From Zygnema circumcarinatum SAG 698-1b (lineage: Eukaryota > Plantae > Zygnematophyceae), in NCBI GenBank assembly GCA_037447605.1, contig CM074808.1, positions 1,054,001 through 1,118,000 on the forward strand: 64,000 bases of DNA, given 5' to 3'. Made by a program: the position numbers and the translations under genes. Positions 44,801 to 58,000 of this stretch are shown here, in pieces (positions within the stretch are counted from its first letter, which is position 1; each line of letters begins with the position of its first letter). Below the pieces are notes generated by a model. The model worked only from the letters and a program-made list of their open reading frames with translations. It was not told the DNA's origin and searched no databases.

Positions 44801-47800
44801 TTACATCCGTCGTTGTGAAGAGAGCTAGTGAGAATCTCAATGTTTCTTCAGTAGCTTTGGCCTGAGTGCCTCTCGTTGAACATTATTCCGTCAGATGAGT
44901 TTGTGTGGAACGTCATGCTAGGGATTATTTCCATGAGAGGTGAATTGTTATCCTGGATCATTCTCTTTAACTTTTTTCCTGATATGCAAGTGCTGTGTGA
45001 TCGTGCCTACATTTAGCGTCGACATGTACTATTGAGCGCTGCAAATTTTAGCTCTCTAGCATCGAAACATCCACTATTGTAGTGTCGTGTAGCATCAAAG
45101 CGGGTCAGTTTTTTGAATGAGAGCGAACCTGAGCTTGCCTATGCAGGATGAGACTGGTCCTCAGGCGGCTGTTGCCAAGTTACTTCTTGCAGCAGGAAGA
45201 GAGAATGCAGGATCAGACTGGCAAATGAAGAAGCGGTCAAAAGAAAGCGCGCTGCTTCAAACTGGTCCTTCTGAAGAAGAACGCGAGGTGAGGAATTATC
45301 CTGCATTCTTTGATGAGGTGGTTTCATGTTGCCAAATTTTGATCCTCGACCTCAGTTGATGTGGTGGAATAATGCTTGTCTGTTCTGGGATTTTGTGGGA
45401 ACGAGCAGGCGGCAGCTATGCAGATGAAGAGCCTATTGTTATCTGGCAAGCGCAAGGAAGCATTGCAGGTTGCGGGCAGTGCTCAGCTTTGGGGAATAGC
45501 CCTTGTTCTCGCTCGCCAGCTGGGAGAGAAAGCGTATTTGGACACAATTGCGGAAATGGCTCATCGGCAATTTGCCGCCGGCTCTCCTTTGCGGACACTC
45601 AGCCTTCTCATGGCAGGCCGTCCTGCGGATGTGTTTTCCTCCAATGCTGCATCTGGGAAGGGTCTCGTGAAACCCCCCTCGAGTGGGGTTCTTGGAGAGG
45701 GAGATGCGGCTTTAGCTGCAATGCTGGAGGACTGGCAGCAGAATTTGGCTATGATGGCTGTGAATCGCACAGCAGGGGATGAGCGCGTGATACTTCATTT
45801 GGGTGACTGTTTGTGGCGAGTTCGAGGGGAGGTGGCAGCAGCCCATGTTTGTTACTTTGTTGCAGATTGTGCACCCGAAAACTTCTCTCGCACTGCAAGA
45901 TTGTGTCTGTTTGGTGCGGACCATTGGAAACAACCACGCACATACGCCTGCGTTATGGCCATTCAGCGGACTGAAATGTATGAGTATGCACGGACACTTG
46001 GAAATCCACAGCACGTGCTTCTTGCTTTCCAGCCTTATAAGGTTATTTATGCTGCCATGCTAGCAGAGGCAGGACGGCTGCAAGAGGCTCGACGATACTG
46101 TGATTCAGTAACGAAGGCACTCCGAACAGCTGGACGCAGTGGTGAAGTGGAGATTTGCAGGCAGGCAGCAGCAAGCCTGGAAGAAAGGCTGAAGGGACAC
46201 CTTGCAGGAGTAGACAATGGAGCCCGTGGTATAATCAAGAAGGCTCTGGACTGGAGTGCTGGATGGATTATGGGTGCGTCTTCCTCCTCGCAGACAACTT
46301 CAGCTGTGGGCCCTTTGAACCCTGCGGGGAAGGGCTCTGTTGTACCTGCCGTAACTCCAACTTTTAGTATCACTACCCCACCTATAACCAACACAGCGTA
46401 TGCACAAAAGCCGGAAGCTGAAATGACTTTCACCAACGTAGCAGATGTGAGGGGCTCTGCTGTAGAGTCAGCTCCCTACTGGGGACTGCAGGGAGAGAAC
46501 ACGACTCATTCATTCGGAGGATATGCAAGCAGCATAGTACCACCAGCCTCAATGACTGCCCAAAACGGTTATGCTGCCAGTCTTCCTTCCTTGCAGCCAC
46601 CGCCCTCAGTCCCTACACGTACGACTGAAAACCCGGTTCAATATTTGAAGCTAGGAGCCCAGACGGAATACAATAACAGTCCACTCTTTGGAATGGCGCC
46701 AAGTAAGGAAGGGTCTGTTGCTGACTTACAGATGGAGAACAGAAGCGCTGTTCAACAAGGTGCTCAGTTTAACAGCAGCACATGGGTGGAATCTAGTCAT
46801 AAGCTTGAGAGGGCCCAAATGGCTAGCACAGAAAGGCAGTGGACAGCGGATGGGTCTGCAGAAGCAGTCGATCCAATCCCAAAAGGAGACTTCGTAGGGA
46901 ATTCAGTGAGCGCTTTAGACTCTGCGTCTGATGGTCTTCGGGCTAACGAGTTTGAGCAGCAGCAGGCTGAGGCGGGTAGCAGTGAAAACTCCGGGGGGGA
47001 CCCTGGTGATAAGAAATGGGCATCGACTGCTGCCACCATTGGAGGGCTGCTGGGATCTGACTTTAGTGCTGATACGGAGGACAAGCATCAGCAAGAAGAG
47101 GCACTAGGTGGCATGTCAGGTTCTTTCTCCATGGATCCCTTCAATGTTGCAGATGCAGTGGACCGACCTTCTCTTCCAGCGCGCAGTGTTTCCGAGCCCA
47201 ATTTCAGTCGCCAGGTATGATGCATGTACATTCATTCTCATCGGAATTGCTGAGGCAGTGCCGCTAGCATTCAGCAAAGCCTCAGCAATGGCATCTCATT
47301 ACTATTAAGTAATCTAGCTGACCGATGTTCGGATGCGATGATCGATCGTCCAATTGTGCTGTTCTAAGGTGTGCTTACTTGATGTCGTATTTCAGAATAA
47401 GACTGGAGCATCGCCTTCTGAATCAGTCACAACAGGAGGTGGAGCGTCTCCAAAGCAACCCGGAGGTGGAGTTATCCGCTCCGTGTCGAGCTGGTTTTCC
47501 TCCATTGGTTCCTTTGCACGGCGACCAAAGGGGAATCAGGTCAGCTCATTGTTTGAGCGCAGTAGCTTATGGCCTTCACCCATGTTGCTCCATTCATTCT
47601 TTCTCCTTTTTCATTAGTGGAACTCGAATTTTGTGGAGATTATTTGCTTTATCGGAACTCCTGCTGTCAAGAGTGTCAGGCCCATACTCTCGTTAAAGGT
47701 CTTGGCCGTCCATCTCTATTCTATCAAAATCATCTCGGGATGGGTATGATAACTTGTCAGGATCATTTTGAGCATTGACGGTTTCTGAGCACGGTTTGGC

Positions 47801-48787
47801 AGGCAGCCAGTTGTGAAGAATGCCTGTGTGAATTTCTACGCTTATTGCATTCCTTCTTACTGCACACTTTATTTATGCATAAGCGCAACTTCATTCCAAG
47901 AACAAGAAGCGACCTTTCTTTTCCTTTCTTTCTTTTCTCTTTTCATGACCTGGAGCCTGTAAGAAGTAACCCTTCTCAGCTTCTGGCCATTCAGAAGTGA
48001 AGCTGATTTCAATCATGTCATGGATGCTTTGTTCAGGCCAAGCTGGGGGATAGCAATGCCTTTTACTATGACGAAAAGTTGAAGCGGTGGGTGGATCGCA
48101 CGGCGCCGGCAGAAGCTGAGGCCACAGTGCTAGGGCCACCACCCAAGCTGCCAGCTGCGGCTGCCGGTCGAAAAGAGAGCCTTGGGTTTCCAGAAAAAGT
48201 TGACAATTCAACTGCTCCGCCTGCAATCAATAACGATATGCCACCTGTCCCTCCGCCAGCCGGTCTCCCACCAGCTCGCCGTGCTGGTGTTCGAGCTCGG
48301 TAAGGGGTAACTCTCACTTATCTGGTTAATGCAGACATGTTTGATGCTTTGACTTAAGAGGTGAAAAGTGAATGCATGTGTCATAGTGGCGGGAAGTGGC
48401 GGCTCCTCATGGACCCAGGCAGGTGTGCGTTCGTGAGTTACACTACACTGACATGGTGACAAATGCTTCCCTCACAGATATGTGGATACTTTCAACAAAT
48501 CCAACCCTGCAACAACACCTGGCACTGGGCCGACTTCTCTGCTCATGCCAAGAGCCCCTTCTCCCGCTAAGCCTCCTCTCAATTTTTTCGTGCCTGCCCC
48601 TCCCCCTCCCGGGTCAGCAGCTGAAGCTCCTGCTCAGGCTGGTGGCATGAGTTCAGGTTTGGAGGCAACCCTAGAACAGTCAAACCGAGTAGAAACGAAT
48701 GGTCCATATGTGGCCTCCATTCCCACAAAAGGCACCGAGGATGTCTCGGACGCGGCAGGAGAGCAGTTCCAGAATGTACAGCTATAG
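38853..48787 (+). CDS. SEC16: ER exit-site scaffold SEC16 (MAG5-like), ~2705 aa, 8 exons
   Basis: Exons 38853-39552, 39734-44148, 44445-44783, 45147-45287, 45409-47214, 47396-47539, 48037-48299, 48478-48787 join in frame (8118 nt). Plant Sec16 motifs QYPGWYWDY..QEW (x2), PPHTLICMGFGG, WGIALVLA, GSPLRTLSLL, AAAHVCY, AIQRTEMYEYA, FQPYKVIYA, AKLGDSNAFYYDEKLKRWV, RARYVDTFN. An additional upstream exon is possible. Confidence 0.92.
39814..40810 (+). repeat. Coding tandem repeat, 7 x ~144 nt (47-48 aa), in SEC16 exon 2
   Basis: Unit consensus ~GSQxQGVPVHTEAxERIEENGALExGSxxFSEVPLTEVAADIQDSF. Confidence 0.9.
41230..42066 (+). repeat. Coding tandem repeats: 4 x 192 nt (64 aa), then 21-nt QNQQWQD repeats, in SEC16 exon 2
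   Basis: Units start at 41230, 41422, 41614, 41806 (QxEDxxAGxWQQN...FWQSxVQxEWASESF..Q). DQNQQWQ x3 at ~41998-42066. Confidence 0.88.
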
Positions 48788-50067
48788 CCTTGGCTGTCCT
48801 CGTAGAAAGGACTCCATGGGTAGCTTACTTATTACTGTGTATGATGGGGTTGGACGGGTGCCACGTGCGGCAATCGTAAAGCAGCTGTCATGTACGAGGG
48901 TTGGGCAGAACCGACGGCTTTGGATTCGACGAATGAGTCGTTTTTGTTCTTTCCAATCCTCACGTTCTTACCTACACTTTCATAATCTCAAATCGGCCAT
49001 TCTTTCCGTGCTGGCCCTGCAATGTGCGGGAGGCGCGAGAATGGTTCTGCCCCACTATCAGCATCTTGGTCAACCCTCTTTGTCTGCCAGATTCCTACAC
49101 CTGCCTTGGCTCTGCTGGGCGTATGGTTTGAGACATGTCAATGAGTGCTACGTGTGTTGACTGTACTGCAGCATTGTCTTGTCCTTCTCTCGCCGGTGAG
49201 TGGCAGCCGTGAGCGAGTCACGAAAGTTGTCATAATCAGCAATTGAGTCGGGAAGGAAAACACTCCCAACAAAGATGTGGATCGTGTGTGGGGGGAGGGC
49301 GGGGTTGGAAGCGATGATCACAGCCGTTGGCATCACTGACATGAGGTCATGATCATGAGCCATGACCCAGATCATGAGAATGTAGAAAAAGCTATGACCA
49401 TTCTTACCAGGGTGGTGGTGAGGTAGTGGGTTCAATGTACACGTCAGTTCCAGCTTCTGCTTGTAAAAGTAGACTTCTTTACAACAATTGCATTGGTTTT
49501 TGCAAAACTCGCTATGACTATATAGACACATGGCGCAAATAATACAATTGACCAAACTTCACTTACTACAACAACAACAAACAACACTAACCTAAAACTT
49601 TTTCTTACTGAAACCAATCAAGAAGACTTGCGAAACCTGGAAACAACGCAACATGTTGCATACCATCAAAACGCCAATTGGAAGGTGGTCATTGAGAAAT
49701 GGTCCTAGGTGACTCATGAAGTCATGAGTCATGCATGACCCAAGTCTCGTGACCGTCATGTCATGTCAGCAAAACGGTCAACTACAGCAAACTGTAGCAT
49801 GCAGACGGCAGCATTCGCGTGGCCGCTGTCCACGTGGCAAACTTATACAGCACAAGACATGGAACTACTGTAACTGTGTAACGACATGGATCCTCTAGCA
49901 TAGAAAAGCGTTCGGGTTTAGGTGACCCATGGCCATGGAGCATGCCATCGAGCCATGCATGGTGCATGGTTTAGGGTGAGGGTTAGGACTGAAGGATTAG
50001 GGTTGGAGTCTTGAAGGGTGAGGAGGAGCAGGGAAATTTCTGGAGCAAGAAGTGCTGCAGATCCAGA

Positions 50068-53000
50068 ATGGAAGAGGAAAAGCGGAACGAGATTATCAGT
50101 TCCCTGTTCGGAGCTGATTCTGGCGAGTCTGACGATGAAGGAGACCGCAGAAGGTCGCCTGCAGATGAGGCTGTGGCAAACCAGGTTTTTTTCTTATTTC
50201 CTTCAGCTCTTCTCCATTGACACGGCATCGTATTTTGTAGTATGGTGCCACATTCTATCCCTCCCTTGCGTGTATTATGTGAATTTGAGTGTGGTTTGCT
50301 TCACTGCAGGATGAACCAGATAATGAAGAGTATATAGGGAAAAGTGGAGACGGGGTGGGCCGTCCCTCAGTGAGAGGGGAAGCAGAAGAGCAAGCTGCGA
50401 CTCTAGGAGAAGACGAGGAGGAGAGGGAACAAAGAAGGTGAGAGCTTGGCCTTCCTCGTTTGGACTAACAGGTCACTTGCTAGGATTCCCCAGTTCCCAG
50501 AGATTGCACTTTTGCTTTTCCTTCTGCTCTCTTTGTTTTTGAGGCAGCCCTGAGTTTGGAGCTTTATGAATTATGTCCGACAGTGAGGAGTTTGCGAATG
50601 ACGACGCACCCGAGACCTCAGGAGGTGCTCCTGCACCTGCTGCTGATCCTGCAGATCTCTTTAGAGACTCAGACGACGAGGATTTGCGAAGATCTCAGGT
50701 GATTTCATGAGCTCTTCAACTGTCTGCAGCACATTTGCTTGATTGCTCATGTTGTTGCATGTTTTTTTGTCAGGTATGCGTTTTCCTTGAGGGACTATAG
50801 AGTGGCCCTATTGAATTTATGCTCGACTTATTTGTTGATGTGGGCAGAGAGAGGATAACGACGATGAACATGGAAATGAAGAAGCTGAAGCAGACGGAGG
50901 CTTTAATAGGGAGGAGGAGGAAATGGAGGAGTATGAGAGACAGAAGAAACAGCGGCCTATTGGTCCACCACTCCATTTGAAAATTCCTTTACTTTCTCCC
51001 ATTGCACCAGCAGACAAGGTGCGCAAAACGCCTGTTGCTTGTCTACATAGGAATGCCTGAGAAAAAGCAGTCAATGCAAAGGTATTTGTCGGTTGTTTAT
51101 TTTTTGTTGATTTAGAGGAGGCTTTACTATTTTAGATTTGAATGCAGCATCGAGGTTGGTTGATAAATTGCTTAAATCTGGCCAATGCCACATTTCTTCT
51201 GTTTCATCGCTACCTAACCATAAGCATGTAACTAGGTAAAGCCAGGAAAAATCGATTCTATAGAGTCAGCATCTGGATTGCTATTTCCCCTTTACAGCAC
51301 GAGTACAGGGCAATTTTCTGCCCACCTGCAAGTGGTCTTCAGTACTCGTATGCTATTATGGTCATAGCTTGGGGCTGAATTATCCAGATGCATTTAGCAG
51401 AATGAATCGCTGTAGTTAATTTATAACCATTGTTTTGGAGGTTGTATCGACGAGAAGTAGGTTCTAACGTTATTCGACGCATGAATAGAACTCAATTAAA
51501 ATTACGACATTTATTGACTTTCAGAGCAAGATGGAATGCTGTGATTNNNNNNNNNNNNNNNNNNNNNNNNNNNNNNNNNNNNNNNNNNNNNNNNNNNNNN
51601 NNNNNNNNNNNNNNNNNNNNNNNNNNNNNNNNNNNNNNNNNNNNNNAGCTATGAGTGAGGGAGCCCTTGTGAGATTGTGAACTGAAGGTTATCCGTTTGA
51701 CATTTGAAGCTTTTTTGATTGCAGGTGGGAGCGCTTCAAGGGCAGGGGCGACTCATAGAAAAGATGAGGTTCCGTCCGGTTGATCTGAAGAGTCGTATTC
51801 ATAAAAAGCTTACGCTTGGCCTGGACTCTAAGTACAAGAAAACTACTAAAGTGAAGAACTTTATCACTGTGGTGGACCCAGAAAAGGAGAAAGAGGAGCG
51901 CGAAAAGGTACATAAAATCATCTCTGTCATTTTCTGCTCTCTCTCTCCCGCACCCTCTCCCCTGTCTCCATGCCATCAGTGCAACTTTAAGTGATGTGTT
52001 CTAGGACATAAATCCGTTCGACTCTGCAGTAATTGATAGTCTGCCTAAGCCTTTATGGGTTTCCTTCCTTTCAATATGAGCTTTTCTGGACCTGTTGCGA
52101 CCTGGGCTTAAAGGCCTGAACGACGTGTCTACTCAGTGAGTATGGTATATTTGCTTTGCTGAAGTTGGAAGCAAGTGACGGTTGCAGGCAGCAGAGGCTC
52201 GCATACGCAGCCAAGAAGAATTAGCACGAAAGCAAGAGAGGGTGATGAAGAAGTATGACCGCCCCGCAAAGACCTCCCCATATGAAGCCCCTCGCCGCCG
52301 CGCAGGCTATTTGGAAGAGGTGAGTGCATCTGATGGTCAAGTAGGTGCTGCTTTTACGGCTTCAATTATCTCATCCTCGGTTATCCTTTCATCTTGTCTG
52401 GTCTGAGCGTGACTGAGAAAGGGAAATGAGGGAGAACTGACACAGGAGGAAGAAGGGGATGAGTACGACCGACGATGGGGTGGGAGAAGGTACATGGATG
52501 AGGAGCAAGAGGCAGAAGCGGAACGGAGGATTTTGCATGCAAAACGAGTGAGTTCTTTTTCATTGAAGTAGAGGGAGTGTAAGGAATGCTGGGAGTGGAG
52601 GAGAGTTGATCCTTGACATCTTTGAAGCAAAAGAAGTAGGATGGTTGCGTCATTTATGGATCACTGTGAAGGCAGTTGTTGATTTGGAAGTGGACTGAAC
52701 GGGGCTGGTGCAGGGGGAGCCTGCACATCGCAAGCCAAAGCCACCCTCAAAACCTCCTCAGAAACGGCGAAGTGAGATGGACGACTTCATAGCAGATGAA
52801 GATGAGGACGAGGACGAAGAGGCAGCGGAAGATGACGAAGAGGAGGAGGAGGAATTAGAATATGAAGTGGATAGAGCAAAGAAGAGCAAGAGAAAAGGCC
52901 GAGATTCGGAGGAAGAGCCACCTGAAGACGACGAGGAAGAGGAGGATCGGGTGGAGGAGAAGAAGTACGATAACCGAAGAAAGGGGCGAGGCAAGATGGA

Positions 53001-53187
53001 GAAGAGGAAAGCAGAGTGGGAGGATGAAGAGGAACCTGAAGATGTGGCTGCCGAAGAGGACGATGTTGGACGAGAGGGTGGTTCGGATAGTGAGAGGGAG
53101 AAGGAAAGAGGGAGAGAAGCAGAAACGAAAAAGGCTCCTGTGACCACCAAGAAGCGGCGAGTAGTTGTTGATAGTGATAGCGAATGA
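50068..53187 (+). CDS. LEO1: PAF1 complex subunit LEO1 (VIP4-like); centre interrupted by assembly gap
   Basis: MEEEKRNEIISSLFG, PIGPPLHLKIPL, GALQGQGRLIEKMRFRP..SRIHKKLT..KVKNFITVVDPEKEKEEREK, EAEAERRILHAK and C-terminal KKRRVVVDSDSE match the plant VIP4 layout. 100-N gap at 51547-51646. Confidence 0.85.
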
Positions 53188-53852
53188 GGTGGCTGTTGTG
53201 GCAGTTATCTTCTCCTCCCAGGTGCGAAGCTCCAAGTCCCTTTGAGAGGTTAAGGGGCAGGCGGGCCTCCCTGCCTCCCTGGCAGGAAGGACGAGACCCC
53301 AGGAAAGCGGTTCCCTTCAAGCAGGAGGAATAATGGCAGGACTACCACCTGCCAGCGGGGTAGCATCCTGTGTGCTCGTATTTGCAAAATCTGTGACATG
53401 AAGGTTAGCAAGGTGGTATTCATGACTTTAGTGCCACTCGTTTATTGAAGACTCATAGGTTTACTAAGATGCGCCAATGGTAGTCTTTTTTGTATACTGT
53501 AAAGCTTAAACTTTTGGAACATTTGGCTTCCGGGCAAGTCGGATTTCTGTTAGATTGAGCATGAGATTCGGAAGTTTGGTTTCTTTCATAGGTGAAACAT
53601 TTGAATTTTTTGTCGTACTCGATTCAGACGTTTAAACAGTGTTCATTCAAGCTTGTGGACATAGTGCGACTCACGATTTAGATACTAGAGCGTCGGATCC
53701 AAAATGTTCAAGCAGTTCAGTAGGAGTACCTATTCAATTGAACAAGGGAGGGCAAATTATTTGACGAGTACCTAACTAATTGGATTCGTCGCAGTAACGA
53801 GATTCTGGCTACCAAACAGCCATTGAGATATTCAAATTTACTTATTTTTTTA

Positions 53853-54450
53853 GGCGAACTATATACCGCCCCCTTTTTTGGTTGTCCCGCCCTTGTTCTT
53901 TTGAAATCATAGTTTCCCATTTTGGCTATTCTGCCCCCCCTCCCATTTTGGCTATCCCCCCCCATTTTGGATAATTCGGGAGGAGATTCTGCTCATTCTC
54001 TCTGGCTCCTTTGCTCTCTCCTCTGCTTTTTCCTCTAGTCTCTCTCCCCTCTGCTCTCACTCCTCTGCTCTCTCTCTCTCTCTTCTATACTCTCTCTCCT
54101 CGGCTCTCACTCCTCTGCTCTCTCTCTCTCCTTTTCTCTCTCCTTTGATCTCTCGCTCTCTCCTCTACTCTCTCCATTAGTCTCTCTCTCCTTTGCTCTC
54201 TCTCTCTCTCCTCTGCTCTCTCCTTTACTCGCTCTCTCTCTCTCCCTCTCTTCTCTGCACTGCTCTTTCTTTGCGAATGTCTTTACGGACGTTGCGCTGA
54301 TGTGTGAGAAAGGGAAAACAAGGGGGGAATGTCCAAAGTAGGGGGCGGGATATCCCAAAATGGGAGGGGCGGAATAGCCATAATGGGAGTGGGATTTCAA
54401 CAAAACAGGGGCGGGATAACCAAAAAAAAGTGGGCGGTGTATAGTTCTCC
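53853..54450. mobile_element. Mutator-like MITE (family D copy 2) with long TIRs and CT-rich core
   Basis: GGCGAACTATATACCGCCCCCTTTTTTGGTTGTCCCGCCC... mirrors ...GGGGCGGGATAACCAAAAAAAAGTGGGCGGTGTATAGTTCTCC. Flanks TTTTTTTA / TTCTTTTA (7/8 TSD). Confidence 0.85.
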
Positions 54451-55039
54451 TTCTTTTAACTTATCAAAAAAATTGCTTTACATAGGAATTGAAGTGTGAA
54501 AACGGGGTGTATGTATGTTTAATTGGCTGAGGACACCACAAAGACTGCGATGCCGTCTGGACACTCCGCTTCCATTTACAGCCAAGCTCCGCACCACCGT
54601 TTTCAGCTGGCGAACTATCAGACGAAGGACCCCGAGGAGAAATGCAATCAGACGGAGACCCTTGGTCGCTGGTCCCTTTGTCAGACAGCCAGTAGACAGC
54701 ACACGTTAAGTCTTTAGAAAGAGCACAGTAAAGAAACGAGTTCATTGCAAGGACAGAAGCTCGTCTGTAAACAAGAGATTGCAAGTTGTAGTCAACTAGA
54801 TCCCCGAATACTTCCTCGTAACAGGATGGTCCAAGCTATGGCTGGCAGTACGTCTAGCAGCTACTCAATGCGCCAAAAAATGGCGGGCCTCGTCGTCAGA
54901 AACCATGACCATCCCATGATTAACATGACGCACAAATGACGGCAGTCACGGCCCTCACTGTTTCTTTCTGCCTGCAATAAAACGCAGCCCTTCGTCCATA
55001 CAACCGTGGTGAGTGCCCACTCTACAAGGTATCTCCTTT

Positions 55040-58000
55040 CTACAGCTTGTCCTCCCATTCTGAGAGAGGGGGTGGGGCAGGCTTGATGCCCTTGCGTTTC
55101 CTGATATCGGCGACAATGGTATGGGATTGCGAGCCTAACTCCAAGGGATCAGAACCGAGCATTTCCCAGTGATCAAACACTGCCTGAGGGAAAGCCTGAC
55201 CGGAGGTGTTAGCCCGGAGCTGTGCTGAAAACCCAAAGGACTCAATGACGGGCAGATAGGCCTTGATGTTGTAGAGTGGGGTCCCAGGCCTCTGCACCTC
55301 CTCAAACACCTGTCCACGCTTCTGATTGAGTGTGCTGTAGATACCTCCCAAAGCACCTTCAGGGGCCTGAATTTCCACCAAATACACAGGCTCCATCAAC
55401 CTGGGCTTGGCAGTCAACTGGGCGGCATACAGAACTCGGCGAGCAGTTGGCACAAGCTGACCACCTCCACGATGAATGGCGTCAGTGTGCAAGACCACAT
55501 CCAAAATCTCAAAGGCGATACCACGCATGTTCTCCTCTGCGAGAGCACCTTCCTTGGATGCCCACTGCATGCCCGCAATAACATGTTCCTTGATTTCATT
55601 CAGGTACTGGACTCCCTTACACATATCGACCACCAAGTTGGGACCCAACGTATCAGGTCCAAAACACCAAATCTTCCTCGCGACATCCTTGTCCCAACCA
55701 AATTCTGACGTCAAGGATTGGACACGCTGTTTCGGGTCATCCTTGGGACCAATCTTTCCATCGTCAATGGCTTCTGCCAAACCTTCCTCTAAAGGCCGAG
55801 CCTCAAAATAAAGCCTGTTATGCTTATTTGGCGACTTGCTCATAACAGTGTGGTCCGATCGGTCAAGAACTGTTTCACGGAAGGACACGACAGGGTCGGA
55901 CACAATAATTTCTGCTCCTCCCATGAAGTCATCCTGCATTGGAAAAAGGTAGTGTCAGAATGCTGCGAGGTTTCACCAGTAGCCTTGAACAGCACGACTT
56001 GCTCTGATCTGCGTATCACTTCTATTCCAAGACTTCCGGTTTCTTTCACACTACCATTCGCCAAGATTGAACAGACTTGAGAGGCATTCGAGTACTGATT
56101 TCTATTTCATTCATCACTGAGCACCAGCCAAGAACACGTGTGCAAAAAAATGGCGAACAGAACTTCGTCATAAAGCAGCGCAAGAAAGGAGGAAGGTTTC
56201 TGACTGAAAAGTTTGATCGTCACCTGCAAATCCTTGAGGCAAATCTCAAGATGGAGCTCCCCGGCCCCGGCAACAATGTGCTCACCGGACTCCTCAATGG
56301 AACATACCACCATGGGATCTGATTTGGACAGTCGCTTCAAACCTTCCACCAATTTGGGCAAATCTGATGCCACCTTACATTGGACAGCAACGCGCACCAC
56401 AGGTGACACACTGAACTTCATTGCCCTGATAGGGTGAGCATCGGTCTCCTTCTCACCCGTAAGGGTGGCATTCTTTGTGATGAACTGATCAAGTCCCACC
56501 ATAGCAACAGTATTACCGCAAGGAACATCTTCAACTGACTCTTGCTTGCGTCCCATCCAAATGACTGTGCGCTGTACGGACTTCGTGTACAGGTCCTTCT
56601 TGGTTCCGGGCACGTAATTCGGACCCATGATACGAACTTTCATGCCGGTAGACACCTTTCCAGCGAAGACACGCCCGAAAGCAAAGAAACGCCCTTTATC
56701 TGAAGCTGGAATCATTTTGGACACATAAAGCATGAGAGGACCCTCAGGATCGCAGTTGCGGATGGCTGCAGCATATTGGTCGTCCAGTGGTCCTTCGTAC
56801 AAGTTCTCAACGCGATACCTCTGAGCTATGGCAGGTGAAGGTAAATGCCAAATCATCATCTCCAGAAGAGCGTTCTGGGCTGGGAGCCAATATTGCATTA
56901 CTCGCTTCATCAAAGGCTTTCCTGTGAGCTCCTTGACATCATTTCCTACAGTACAGCCAACTTTAGCCAGCATAGGGAACAGCTTATCTTTCTCGTCATT
57001 CATAGCTGCACTGATGACCTGTTTGATAGGATTATAGCAGAACTGAACAAAGCCGCGTTGGCATGTCGGGGACCCCGTGTTCTTGGAAGACCATTTTTTG
57101 GTGGCCGTATCAAAGTAGTTCTCTCCCCAGAGGCGCTCCATGAGCTTCTTGAAGTCCACTTTGAACTTGTCCGCATACATTTTGGCGAAATTGGTGAGGG
57201 TGAAAGCCCAGCCATGAAGACCAGCAGAGAAAGCAACTGTTCCCTTCTCTGCATAAACCAGCACGTCACCTAACAGCTCGTCCTGGTACGTTGCCATCAC
57301 CACATTGATATTCTCAATCACTCGACGGAATGTCTGCAACAAACAACAACTAGTCGATCAGTGCCCAAACCTCTACCGTTCTGACAGACCAAGTTTCATA
57401 CAATTTATTCAAACCAGACAACAAACAGGTGGCCATCACAGCCACGAGAAGCAGACAAGCAGAAAAAGCAGACATACACCAGTGAGCACCAGAATCCAAA
57501 GTTAGAAAGCATAAGAATCTTTAAAGAGCAAATAAAAGATAATAGCTCTCTGCTGCTAAATTGCTTTCCAGAAGTCCCAATGAAAAGGAACAAGGGCTAT
57601 GCAAAGGAAAACATGTCGAGGAACCCGGCACCAAAGGAACAATAAAAGAATACCTGATAGGCTTCCTCTCCGTCCAGTTGCAGCTCCAAGAAACAGCGGT
57701 CCATCTTGTTCACAGTTAGAACAGGACGAATACGCTCTCCAAGAGCCTGTCGAAGAACCGTCTCAGTCTGCACACAAACTCCTTCAATGCAATCCACCAC
57801 CACAAGGGCACCATCCGTGATACGAAGGGCGGCAGTAACTTCAGAAGAAAAATCCACGTGTCCTGGTGAATCAATAAGGTTGATCAAATATTCGTTACCA
57901 TCTCTCGAGCCAGTGAACCCGTCAAGCGACTCGTCAGACATTGAGTAGAAAAGCGAGATTCCAGTTGACTTGATCGTGATTCCGCGCTCAGCCTCATCGG

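Noticed and set aside
49694-49705. GAGAAATGGTCC matching the 3' end of plant U6
   Set aside because: Isolated 12-mer without the ACAGAGA box or the rest of U6.
52758-53320. Minus-strand Ser/Pro-rich ORFs
   Set aside because: Antisense shadows of the acidic LEO1 last exon.
55948-56120. Possible intronic C/D snoRNA in eEF2 intron 4 (7-bp stem GGTAGTG/CACTACC, CTGA, upstream GTGATGA)
   Set aside because: The box C next to the stem is non-consensus, the k-turn register does not fit, and no rRNA/snRNA complementarity was recognised. A snoscan run could revisit it.
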